Assembly (NCBI GenBank): GCA_030832825.1
Contig: JAURIJ010000009.1
Span: 8,902-72,901 of the forward strand
Length of the DNA: 64,000 nucleotides
Origin: Gammaproteobacteria bacterium
GTDB lineage: Bacteria > Pseudomonadota > Gammaproteobacteria > Pseudomonadales > Pseudohongiellaceae
Direction: 5' to 3'
Shown here: positions 56,387-64,000 of the stretch, in pieces
Layout of the letters: each line of letters starts with the position of its first letter
Position numbering within the stretch: the stretch's first letter is position 1
Notes under the pieces: generated by a model
Seen by the model: the letters and a program-made list of their open reading frames with translations, nothing else
Told to the model about the DNA's origin: nothing
Databases searched by the model: none
Position numbers and translations under genes: made by a program

Positions 56387-57982
56387 TCAGAACTTCGACC
56401 CCAGAATCCACGTATCAGACCGCGCCCACGCCTCCTCGAAGCGCTTGTCGATCTCCTCGTCCACCTTGCCCTGCGCCGCCAGCGCCTGCTTGATGCCGAA
56501 GAGCGCCCAGCCATTGTGCGGATGCTCGCGCAGGTCCTCCTCGTACAGACTGATGGCCTTGTCGAACTCGCCCACCTCGATGTAGGCCGCGCCCAGCCAA
56601 TGCTTGGCCGAGAACGGGTAAGGCTCCGGCTCGTCATAGATGATGGCGTCGTAGGCGTCCGTCGCATGCTCAAAGGCCTCGACGGCACTCGCCATGTCGC
56701 CCGTGCTCCAGGCGATCTCGCCCTCCAGGATGCCCACCAGCACTTCCAGCAGATTGTTGCCGTCATGGAAGCGGTAATTGTCGGTGGTGTCCGCCGCCAG
56801 TTGATCCAGCTTGGCCAGATACTCGCGCGCGGTGGCCGTGTCGCCCATCTTCAATGCAGCATAGCCCTGGGCAAAGTCCCAGGAGCCGCCGTCGAAATCA
56901 CTGTTCTCAGGCCGCTTGCTCACCGCCGCCACTTCGTCGAAGCGGCCGAAACGCACCAGGGTCAGCACGTGATAGATGGAGCTGTCCATCAGCTTGTCGT
57001 AGTCCTTGGCCGCCTGGATGGCGATGGCGCCCTGCCCGTCCATGCTGGCCGCGAACAGCAGCATGGCCAGATTGTGCATCGGGTAGATGGCGAAGCCTTC
57101 GCCGATGGCCGCCTTCTGATCGGAATGCCAGGCCTGGATGTTGGCGCGCACGGAGTCGTTCCAGCGCCCGATCTCGTTCCAGGTGTGGCTGGGCATGTGG
57201 TTGATGTGGCTCGCGCCCGGAATGGCATTGCCCAGGAATTCCGCGCACTCCTCGGCCAGGCCGGGGTTGGGCGTGGACTCGGTGGCGTGCACATACAGGT
57301 GACAGGCGCCCACGTGGGTGATGTCGCGCTCCAGCACGCTGGTCAGCACATTGTGCAGGCGTATCACATCCGGATCGTCGAGGTCCCGGGTGCCGCGACG
57401 CGGTTCCAGCAGGAACAGGGCATCACCATAGAGCGTGACGATGTCCAGATCATCCGGGTATTTCGCGGCCACTTCCGCCATGGCATCGGCATAGGCCTGC
57501 TCCTGCTCCATGCGACGCTCGGCCGAGAAGTTCGCCACGTAGCGCTGGGACATGGCCATGATCAGATCGGCTTCCTTCTGCGTGGCCTGGTCCAGACGAC
57601 GCAGCGCCTCGCGGATGGCGGCATAGGCGCGCGGCGACTCTTCGGCGGTCATTGGCCCGTTCAGATACGAGCCCCAGGCCCAGGCCTCGCCCCAGTAGCA
57701 GATGGCGCATTCCGGGTCGAGCTTTTGCGCCTCGCGGAAGGAGCGCGCGGCATCCACCTTGGTGAAGGCATACATCATCTGGAAGCCCTGGTCGAAAAAG
57801 GCCTGGGCCTGCGGATTGCGCGTGGAGATCGGGTAGCTGTGGTCTCCCAGTGCGGTGGTGTAAAGGGGAATCGGGGTGTTGAACTCTTCCGGATCGGGCA
57901 CGCTCGCATGATCCTGCGCAAGCACGGCGGGGGCGCTGGCAAGGGCGGCCAGACACAGCAGAAGGGTGGCGGAAAAGCGCAT
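56387..57982 (-). CDS. Secreted TPR-repeat protein
   Basis: Start at ATG 57982 gives signal peptide MRFSATLLLCLAALASAPAVLAQ. Contains multiple TPR-like helical repeats (e.g. AQAFFDQGFQMMYAF...ARSFREAQKLDPECA). Confidence 0.8.
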   Translation of the reverse strand: MRFSATLLLCLAALASAPAVLAQDHASVPDPEEFNTPIPLYTTALGDHSYPISTRNPQAQAFFDQGFQMMYAFTKVDAARSFREAQKLDPECAICYWGEAWAWGSYLNGPMTAEESPRAYAAIREALRRLDQATQKEADLIMAMSQRYVANFSAERRMEQEQAYADAMAEVAAKYPDDLDIVTLYGDALFLLEPRRGTRDLDDPDVIRLHNVLTSVLERDITHVGACHLYVHATESTPNPGLAEECAEFLGNAIPGASHINHMPSHTWNEIGRWNDSVRANIQAWHSDQKAAIGEGFAIYPMHNLAMLLFAASMDGQGAIAIQAAKDYDKLMDSSIYHVLTLVRFGRFDEVAAVSKRPENSDFDGGSWDFAQGYAALKMGDTATAREYLAKLDQLAADTTDNYRFHDGNNLLEVLVGILEGEIAWSTGDMASAVEAFEHATDAYDAIIYDEPEPYPFSAKHWLGAAYIEVGEFDKAISLYEEDLREHPHNGWALFGIKQALAAQGKVDEEIDKRFEEAWARSDTWILGSKF

Positions 57983-58113
57983 GATCGTCTCCTGGAAGCA
58001 AGATTCTTGAACTGCAGGCAAGCCTAGTGAAGAGCGTGAGGAATGTCCACACGGCAACTTGGCCCACCCTCTTCATCCGGGGCTGAGTGACGCGGTTCGC
58101 TGGCACAGGGCGA

Positions 58114-58254
58114 GGCCACGGGGCGCCGTCAGCGCCTTCAGCGGCATAAGAGACCCGCACCGAGTGAGCAATGAGACCGAGGCTCGTTGCGATGCGAGGG
58201 CAGCGGGGACCGCTGCGGGTCAGCCGCAGAAGGCGCTGACGGCGCCCCGTGGCC
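58114..58254. repeat. 141-nt intergenic element bounded by a perfect 26-bp inverted repeat (MITE-like or structured RNA)
   Basis: GGCCACGGGGCGCCGTCAGCGCCTTC (58114..58139) pairs with GAAGGCGCTGACGGCGCCCCGTGGCC (58229..58254). The stem extends 5 bp beyond an A.A mismatch. Inner hairpins lie at 58168..58190 (8 bp) and 58201..58215 (6 bp). Confidence 0.85.
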
Positions 58255-58292
58255 GGGTCAAGTATGGTTCGCCTGCATGCAGGCTCCAACAC

Positions 58293-60743
58293 TCAGCCGT
58301 CGATTCGATACCGCAACTTGATCGCCCACGTGTCGATGATCTTGTCCGTCCACGCCGACTGGAACATGTCCTGCGTGTCGCCCTCGAAGCTGCGCGGCAG
58401 ATTGCTGCCCCGTGTGTACACCACGAACAGATCCGACAGCGGCGCGATCTCCCAGCGATAGCGCGCCTGGAAACTCATGCGACTGATGATGAAGTCCTGA
58501 CTCGGCCCCGGCGGCGGCAGGATCTGCTCCATCGTGTCCAGCCGGCCCGAGCGGATGCGGTAGAACTCGTCGGCATTGGCGTCGATGCCCGCCCACTGCA
58601 TCGACACCCGGAACTGCTGCTTCGCCGTGAGGAAATACTCCATCGCCAGCTTCGGCGCCCATTCCTTCGTCTCGTAGGAGTTGATGCGCCCGCCACCCCG
58701 GTTGACCAGCCAGCCTTCGCGATCCACGCGGTCCACATCCAGCTGCACCGAGAAACGATCCGCCGGCCGCCACACCACGCCCACCGAGGCCGTGAGTCGG
58801 CGCACGCCCAGGAATTCCTGCTGCAGGTTCATGGCGCCGCGCAGGCTCACCGCCCGCGCCCGGTCACTCGTCCAGCTCAGCCGGCCGTCCCAGCGCTCCG
58901 GAATCTTGAACGTGCCATTGCCACGGCTCAACTCGTCGTCCACGCGACGCGGGAAATAGTTCATGCTCAGGCCAAGACTGTGATTGTTGTTGAACACCCA
59001 GTCCTGATCGGTGTAGATGCCGGCGCGAATGCCCTCGCCCTTCGCGTTCCAGTAGTAGCGCAGGATGCCGCTGCGCGTGCGGCTGCGCAGGTTCGGCAGG
59101 TCCGACTCGGTGACCTTGTACTGATACTCCACGCCGATGCTGTCATTGCGGCGCCAGAAACCAAAGTCGTCGATGTCCAGGGTCTCGTCGAGGTATTCCG
59201 CGCCGATGCGGTGCTGCCGCCCGCGATCCGGCTGATAGCTGGCATCGAAGAGCATGCCCTTGCCCGTGGTGCCCGCCACATCGCTGTGCAGCAGCTGGCC
59301 GTCGAAGAGCCAGCGCGTGTCGGCCGAGAAATAGTGCAGGTCGATGCCATTGACCGAGGCATCGGCCACGTCGGACTGCAGCTGCGTGTTCATCCAGCCG
59401 ATGGCACGGCGGCCGCCGCCCGAGGTGTCCTCGTAGAGCAGACGCCCCACCAGGAACTCACGGCCCTCGGCCTGCACGCGTGCGGCATTGCCCAGCGCGT
59501 CGCGGCCGCGCAGCTCGCTGTCATCCTCAGCCGCCAGGAAGGCGCCATAGCGCAGATTGCCCGACTGACCAGTCAGCTTGACCGCGCCCAGCAGATCGGC
59601 CGGACGCCCCAGGTCCACGTCGCTCGCCGTGAAGCCGGCGGGCAGCTGATAGTCCGGCGTGGCACCGATGCGGCGGGTGTTGAGCATGGTGGTGGGCTGG
59701 CCGCGCGCGCCCGAGCCCCGCGGACCGGCATTGCTCGGCCCGCCGTCATCGCCGGCACGCGGCGAGGTGATGAAGATCTCCTGCCCTTCCAGGAAGAAGG
59801 CGCGCTTCTCGGCGTAATAGGTCTCGAAGGCGTCGAGGTTGACGATCACATCGTCGGACTCCACCGAGCCGAAATCCGGGTTCAGCGTGGCCGCCAGCTG
59901 CAGGTTCGAGGACGGACGCCAGTAGATGTCCGTGCCCACACGGCTGTCGCGCTGGTTGCTGCCATTGTCGAAATTGCTGGCGATGAAGGGATACCAGGTC
60001 AGCTGCTGGCGCGGCGCGATGTCGCGCACGCTCACCAGCGTGAAGGCCGACAGAAAGCCTGGCGAGGTGTCAGGCAGCGCCGGCATGGACCAGGTCTCGT
60101 TGCTCTGCGCGATGCGCCGCTCGGTGTACAGCCCCAGGGTGCGCACGTCACCCGCCGAGGGCAGACTCATCATGGACCAGGGCACGAAGATCTCGGCGGT
60201 CCAGCCATCGGCCGTGGCTGCCGTGCGGGCATTCCAGGGGCCGTCCCACTGCAGGTTGATCTGACGTTCGGGCAGGATGGTGCCGTCGTTGAGGGTGTCG
60301 CCCAGGTTGATCTGCAGCAGATAACCGTAAAGCCCGCTGCCCGACGGGTCGAGCCCCAGCACGAAGGCGTCGCGCTCCAGATCCTGATCGCGGGAACTCA
60401 TGCGGGCGATCAGCGTGTCCGGCGCCTGCTGGTTGTGTACCGCCACGTAGAGGCCGCGCTCGGTGTAGAAGAACCGGGTCAGGGTCTGCAGTGCGGGTGT
60501 CGCCAGCGTGTCGGGGCGGATCACGCGCATGCCGTCAAAGGGGGCGACCTGCTGCCACACGGCCTCGTCGGGCACGCCATCCAGGGTGATGCCGGCGGTG
60601 GCGTGCTCGAAACGCGGCAGCTCGGCAGGCGGCGCCTCGGCATTCTGGGCCAGGAGAGTGACAGGTGTCAGGAACAGGGCGGCCATGCCGGCCAGCGGCA
60701 GGACACAGCGCCCCGCCGCAGAGTTCTTCTTGTTGTGCTTCAC
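58293..60743 (-). CDS. CBM9-like + DUF5916 outer-membrane protein
   Basis: N-terminal GITLDGVPDEAVWQQVAPFDGM (CBM9-type), then a long beta-barrel-like region. Start is uncertain: GTG 60743 (VKHNKKNSAAGRCVLPLAGMAALFL..AQN) gives a good signal peptide, while the longest ORF starts at 60818. Confidence 0.8.
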   Translation of the reverse strand: MKHNKKNSAAGRCVLPLAGMAALFLTPVTLLAQNAEAPPAELPRFEHATAGITLDGVPDEAVWQQVAPFDGMRVIRPDTLATPALQTLTRFFYTERGLYVAVHNQQAPDTLIARMSSRDQDLERDAFVLGLDPSGSGLYGYLLQINLGDTLNDGTILPERQINLQWDGPWNARTAATADGWTAEIFVPWSMMSLPSAGDVRTLGLYTERRIAQSNETWSMPALPDTSPGFLSAFTLVSVRDIAPRQQLTWYPFIASNFDNGSNQRDSRVGTDIYWRPSSNLQLAATLNPDFGSVESDDVIVNLDAFETYYAEKRAFFLEGQEIFITSPRAGDDGGPSNAGPRGSGARGQPTTMLNTRRIGATPDYQLPAGFTASDVDLGRPADLLGAVKLTGQSGNLRYGAFLAAEDDSELRGRDALGNAARVQAEGREFLVGRLLYEDTSGGGRRAIGWMNTQLQSDVADASVNGIDLHYFSADTRWLFDGQLLHSDVAGTTGKGMLFDASYQPDRGRQHRIGAEYLDETLDIDDFGFWRRNDSIGVEYQYKVTESDLPNLRSRTRSGILRYYWNAKGEGIRAGIYTDQDWVFNNNHSLGLSMNYFPRRVDDELSRGNGTFKIPERWDGRLSWTSDRARAVSLRGAMNLQQEFLGVRRLTASVGVVWRPADRFSVQLDVDRVDREGWLVNRGGGRINSYETKEWAPKLAMEYFLTAKQQFRVSMQWAGIDANADEFYRIRSGRLDTMEQILPPPGPSQDFIISRMSFQARYRWEIAPLSDLFVVYTRGSNLPRSFEGDTQDMFQSAWTDKIIDTWAIKLRYRIDG

Positions 60744-60925
60744 GATGCAATACCCGGGGACTTCAAAAGGCCCGGATACTAGCACAGCTTCCGAGCAGGC
60801 TGGACGCTCACCTGCCAAGGCAATGCCTCATGTCGCTGCACACGGGGCACCAATCCCGGCCCTTGCATTTTGCGTATTGCCCCAAGTTATAAGAGGATCG
60901 CTCGACACCAAAAAGGAGCCCGACC

Positions 60926-62107
60926 ATGATCCGCACCGCCCAGGAAACCATTGCCAACTTCTTCAAGATGGAGTCAGCCAGCGGCCTGCTGCTGATGGCT
61001 GCCGCCGTGCTCGCCATGATCATGGCGAACTCGCCACTGGCGCCCTGGTATGAGCTGCTGTTCGACACTCCCGTGCAGGTGAAGATCGGCCAGCTCGACG
61101 TCGCCAAACCCCTGCTGTTGTGGATCAACGACGGCCTGATGGCCATGTTCTTCTTCCTCGTCGGCCTCGAGCTCAAGCGCGAGCTGGTGGAAGGGGAACT
61201 CTCCAGCCTGCGCAAGATCGTGCTGCCCGGCGTGGGCGCCATCGGCGGCATGGCCATTCCCGCAACGATCTACCTGTTCGTCAATGCCGACGACCCGACC
61301 GCCGTTTCCGGCTGGGCCATCCCGGCTGCCACCGACATCGCCTTCGCGCTGGGCATCCTCTCCCTGCTCGGCTCCCGCGTGCCCGTGGCGCTGAAGGTGT
61401 TCCTGACCTCGCTCGCGATCTTCGACGACCTCGGGGCCATCATCATCATTGCGATCTTCTACACCGCGCAGATCTCGCTGACCTCCCTCGCCGTCGCGGG
61501 CGCCTGCATCCCCGTGCTGTATCTGCTCAACCGCTACGGGGTGACCGCGCGCAGCGTCTACCGCATGGTCGGCATCATCATGTGGGTGTCCATGCTCAAG
61601 TCCGGCGTGCATGCCACGCTCACCGGCGTGATCCTGGCGCTGTTCATCCCCATGCGCTCGCCGAGCGACCCGGACGAGCGCCCGCTGCACGACTGGCAGC
61701 ACGACCTGCACGTGCTGGTGGCCTTCATGATCCTGCCCGTGTTCGCCTTCGCCAATGCAGGCCTGGCCCTGCAGGGGGTGGGGCTGGAGCAGATGCTGCA
61801 CGGTGTGCCGCTGGGGATCGCCCTGGGGCTGTTCCTGGGCAAGCAGATCGGGGTGTTCGGGCTGTGTGCGCTGGCCATCAAGCTGCAATGGGCTGACATG
61901 CCGCGCGGCATGAACTGGCTGTCGCTCTACGGCACCAGCGTGCTGTGCGGGGTGGGCTTCACCATGAGCCTGTTCGTCGGCTCGCTGGCGTTCGAGAGTT
62001 CCGGGGTGAACATGATCTTCGACGAGCGCCTGGGCATCATCATCGGTTCGCTGTTCTCCGGCATACTGGGCTACCTGGTCCTGCGCTTCAGCCTGAACAA
62101 GGCCTGA
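60926..62107 (+). CDS. nhaA: Na+/H+ antiporter NhaA
   Basis: 393-aa ORF with WINDGLMAMFFFLVGLELKRE and FLTSLAIFDDLGAIIIIA (the DD pair). Confidence 0.94.
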   Translation: MIRTAQETIANFFKMESASGLLLMAAAVLAMIMANSPLAPWYELLFDTPVQVKIGQLDVAKPLLLWINDGLMAMFFFLVGLELKRELVEGELSSLRKIVLPGVGAIGGMAIPATIYLFVNADDPTAVSGWAIPAATDIAFALGILSLLGSRVPVALKVFLTSLAIFDDLGAIIIIAIFYTAQISLTSLAVAGACIPVLYLLNRYGVTARSVYRMVGIIMWVSMLKSGVHATLTGVILALFIPMRSPSDPDERPLHDWQHDLHVLVAFMILPVFAFANAGLALQGVGLEQMLHGVPLGIALGLFLGKQIGVFGLCALAIKLQWADMPRGMNWLSLYGTSVLCGVGFTMSLFVGSLAFESSGVNMIFDERLGIIIGSLFSGILGYLVLRFSLNKA

Positions 62108-62127
62108 GGCAAACAGGCAGCAAAGAA

Positions 62128-62166
62128 AGAGGGGTGGCTCCTTGCGGAACCACCCCTCTCGTTTTT
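62128..62166. terminator. Bidirectional rho-independent terminator between nhaA and the convergent receptor gene
   Basis: AGAGGGGTGG (62128..62137) pairs with CCACCCCTCT (62150..62159). It is followed by cGTTTTT on the plus strand and by TTTCTTTG on the minus strand. Confidence 0.75.
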
Positions 62167-62186
62167 CCAACTCAGTCAGACGTGTC

Positions 62187-64000
62187 TTACATCTCGTAAG
62201 TCACGCGGGCGTAGAGCAGACGGCCAGTCGGGTCGTACATGATCGATTCCATGCCGCCCAGCATCGGTACTTTCTGGGGCAGACGGTCGAACAGGTTGCG
62301 GGCGCCCACGGTGAAGGCAAGCTCGCCACCCAGTGCTTCGAACTGGCTGAAGTTGTAGGACGCATCCACGGTGGTGAAGGCGCGCAGCGTGTCCACAGTG
62401 CGGTAGTTGCTGAACGGCAGACGGGCCTGATAGGCGAACGGGTTCGCATCAAACACCATGTCGTGCAGGTAACGCACTGTCACGTTCGCGCTGTGCTGAC
62501 CAGAGAGCCAGCCCAGGCTGAGGTTCGACTTCCAGCGCGGCAGCGGGGGCACGGCGCCAGTCGGCTCGTTCTGGAGGCCGGCACCTTCCACCACGGGGCG
62601 GTCAGGACGCAGCTGGTAGGAGTACGTGTCGAGGTAGGACGCATCCAGGGCAACGTTGATCATGCCCAGGTCGGCCAGGTCGAAACGGTAGCTCAGCTTC
62701 AGGTCAGTGGCGCGTACCAGCATGCTGGAAGCATTGCTGTCGCCGCTGATGATGCGGTCGATCTGATCCATCGCATCCGGGTTGCGCTGAATGCGCTTGT
62801 CGGAACGTGGGTCAGCATTCCAGGCAGCCACCTGCGCCAGCGAGGGCTTGCCAGGACCGGCGAAGCCAGTGGCCTGCTGGAAGTTGAAGTAGTCAGTCGC
62901 CAGCACGTCGGTGGTGGTGGAGGTGACGATACGGTCGGTGAAGTCAGTCTCGCTCCAGTCGATCTGCAGACGCATGCCTTCGATCAGATCCAGTTCGAAA
63001 CCGATGCTCTTGGTGTCGGCAGACTCGGGCACCAGGTTCGGGTTGCCCTTTGAGCAGTTCGCAGTGAACGCCGCGAACGTCGTGAAGGGGTCAGACACGT
63101 TGGTCAGACCACAGGACTCGGGGGAGTTCAGCTGTGTCAGGCTCGGGGCCACGAACGAGGAACCCATGCTGGCACGCACGGTCAGGAAGTCGAACGGGGT
63201 GTACACCAGACCGTATTTCGGGTCGGTGGAAGCCTGGCCAGTGGAGTAGTCTTCGTTGCGCACGGCAGCCTGCAGTTCCAGGTTGTCGAGCAGCGGCAAA
63301 GACAGTTCCATGAACAGGGAGTCCACAGTGCGCTGGTCGCTGGTCGGGAACAGCTTGGTGCCGATGAATACGTCGCCCGTCAGGCTGTGCAGGCTCGGCA
63401 TGTTGTTGTAGCCGTCCTTGCGACGCTGATAGCCAAGCGCAGCAGCGATGGAGCCGCCGGGCAGTTCGAAGCCGCCGAGCGGCACTTCACCGTTCAGCAC
63501 GACGTCGAAGGTCTGCAGCTTGTCCTGATCATTCACACGGTTGCTGGTCAGCACTGTGGAGTCAGCCACGGCCTGAGTGTTCAGGACGGCGGGGCTGGTG
63601 GCCACGAAGGGGTTGAAGCAGGCTTCGCGATCGTTGATCACGTCGCAGTTCAGACCCTGAGCGATGGCGCCGAAGCTGAAGTTCGGGGCAAGGCTCTTGT
63701 CCTGCTGGAATGCGTAAACGTAAGTCGCATTACCTCTCCAGTCTTCCAGGAAGGGCACAGCGAAGTCGGCCTTGAAGGTCTGACGGTAGCCACGGATGTA
63801 GGTGTCGGAACCCAGGGAGCCGTCGGAGTTCAGCTGTGACGGCAGGGTGCCTTGCTTGCCCCAGGGACGCCATGCAGAGAAACGCACATCTTCATAGAAC
63901 GGAATGCCTGTCGGGCGCACGATCACGTTGCCAGTGGCATCACGATCAGGCACGCGGTCGTTGTTGGCATCCTGTGCGAACAGCGGCGTGCCGTTGGCGC
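62187..64000 (-). CDS. TonB-dependent receptor, C-terminal about 600 aa (5' end beyond the right edge)
   Basis: Beta-barrel sequence ending ..LLYARVTYEM. The frame stays open upstream of the track's GTG 63953 (..ANGTPLFAQDANNDRVPDRD..) to position 64000, so the gene is truncated by the window. Confidence 0.85.
   Translation of the reverse strand, partial: ANGTPLFAQDANNDRVPDRDATGNVIVRPTGIPFYEDVRFSAWRPWGKQGTLPSQLNSDGSLGSDTYIRGYRQTFKADFAVPFLEDWRGNATYVYAFQQDKSLAPNFSFGAIAQGLNCDVINDREACFNPFVATSPAVLNTQAVADSTVLTSNRVNDQDKLQTFDVVLNGEVPLGGFELPGGSIAAALGYQRRKDGYNNMPSLHSLTGDVFIGTKLFPTSDQRTVDSLFMELSLPLLDNLELQAAVRNEDYSTGQASTDPKYGLVYTPFDFLTVRASMGSSFVAPSLTQLNSPESCGLTNVSDPFTTFAAFTANCSKGNPNLVPESADTKSIGFELDLIEGMRLQIDWSETDFTDRIVTSTTTDVLATDYFNFQQATGFAGPGKPSLAQVAAWNADPRSDKRIQRNPDAMDQIDRIISGDSNASSMLVRATDLKLSYRFDLADLGMINVALDASYLDTYSYQLRPDRPVVEGAGLQNEPTGAVPPLPRWKSNLSLGWLSGQHSANVTVRYLHDMVFDANPFAYQARLPFSNYRTVDTLRAFTTVDASYNFSQFEALGGELAFTVGARNLFDRLPQKVPMLGGMESIMYDPTGRLLYARVTYEM

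Noticed and set aside
58114-58254. Calling the inverted-repeat element a bona fide MITE or transposon remnant.
   Set aside because: There is no target-site duplication at the borders, no second copy in the window and no transposase nearby. I report it as a structured repeat of unknown nature.

Overview
GC-rich (about 60-65% by eye) chromosomal segment of a Gram-negative bacterium. Gene content (tgt-yajC-secDF, prfC, hisC, holD-like/rimI, htpX, tamAB, nhaA, many TonB-dependent receptors) points to a marine gammaproteobacterium; the taxon is a guess. I support about 47 coding regions. I found no rRNA, tRNA, CRISPR array, transposase or integrase. All family calls rest on motifs I can read in the translated ORFs, since I could not run a search.

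Items worth a second look:
1. 37.2-45.1 kb: a complete Anbu (proteasome-like) / circularly permuted ATP-grasp / alpha-E / zinc-peptidase / giant transglutaminase cluster. This is a predicted peptide-ligation-plus-proteolysis system with no known substrate, arranged compactly here (19-bp divergent gap, 74-nt convergent overlap).
2. 6.8-7.9 kb: a bacterial homologue of vertebrate GTDC1/QTMAN, the queuosine-tRNA mannosyltransferase.
3. 21.4-23.8 kb: a GAF-domain GspE/PilB-type ATPase inactivated by a frameshift and an in-frame TGA at a conserved Gly. It lies next to a low-GC stretch with paired DnaA boxes.
4. 58.1-58.25 kb: a 141-nt intergenic element bounded by a perfect 26-bp inverted repeat.
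5. 0-6.5 kb: a Bat-like VWA operon led by a 1260-aa Q/G low-complexity protein.
6. 45.1-49.0 kb: a TerC-CBS / DUF1704 (MATCAP-like) / HtpX operon.
7. 28.1-35.5 kb: a locus with two TonB-dependent receptors, an unknown secreted protein and a membrane AraC regulator.

The many long ORFs antisense to these genes are high-GC shadow ORFs and are not called.
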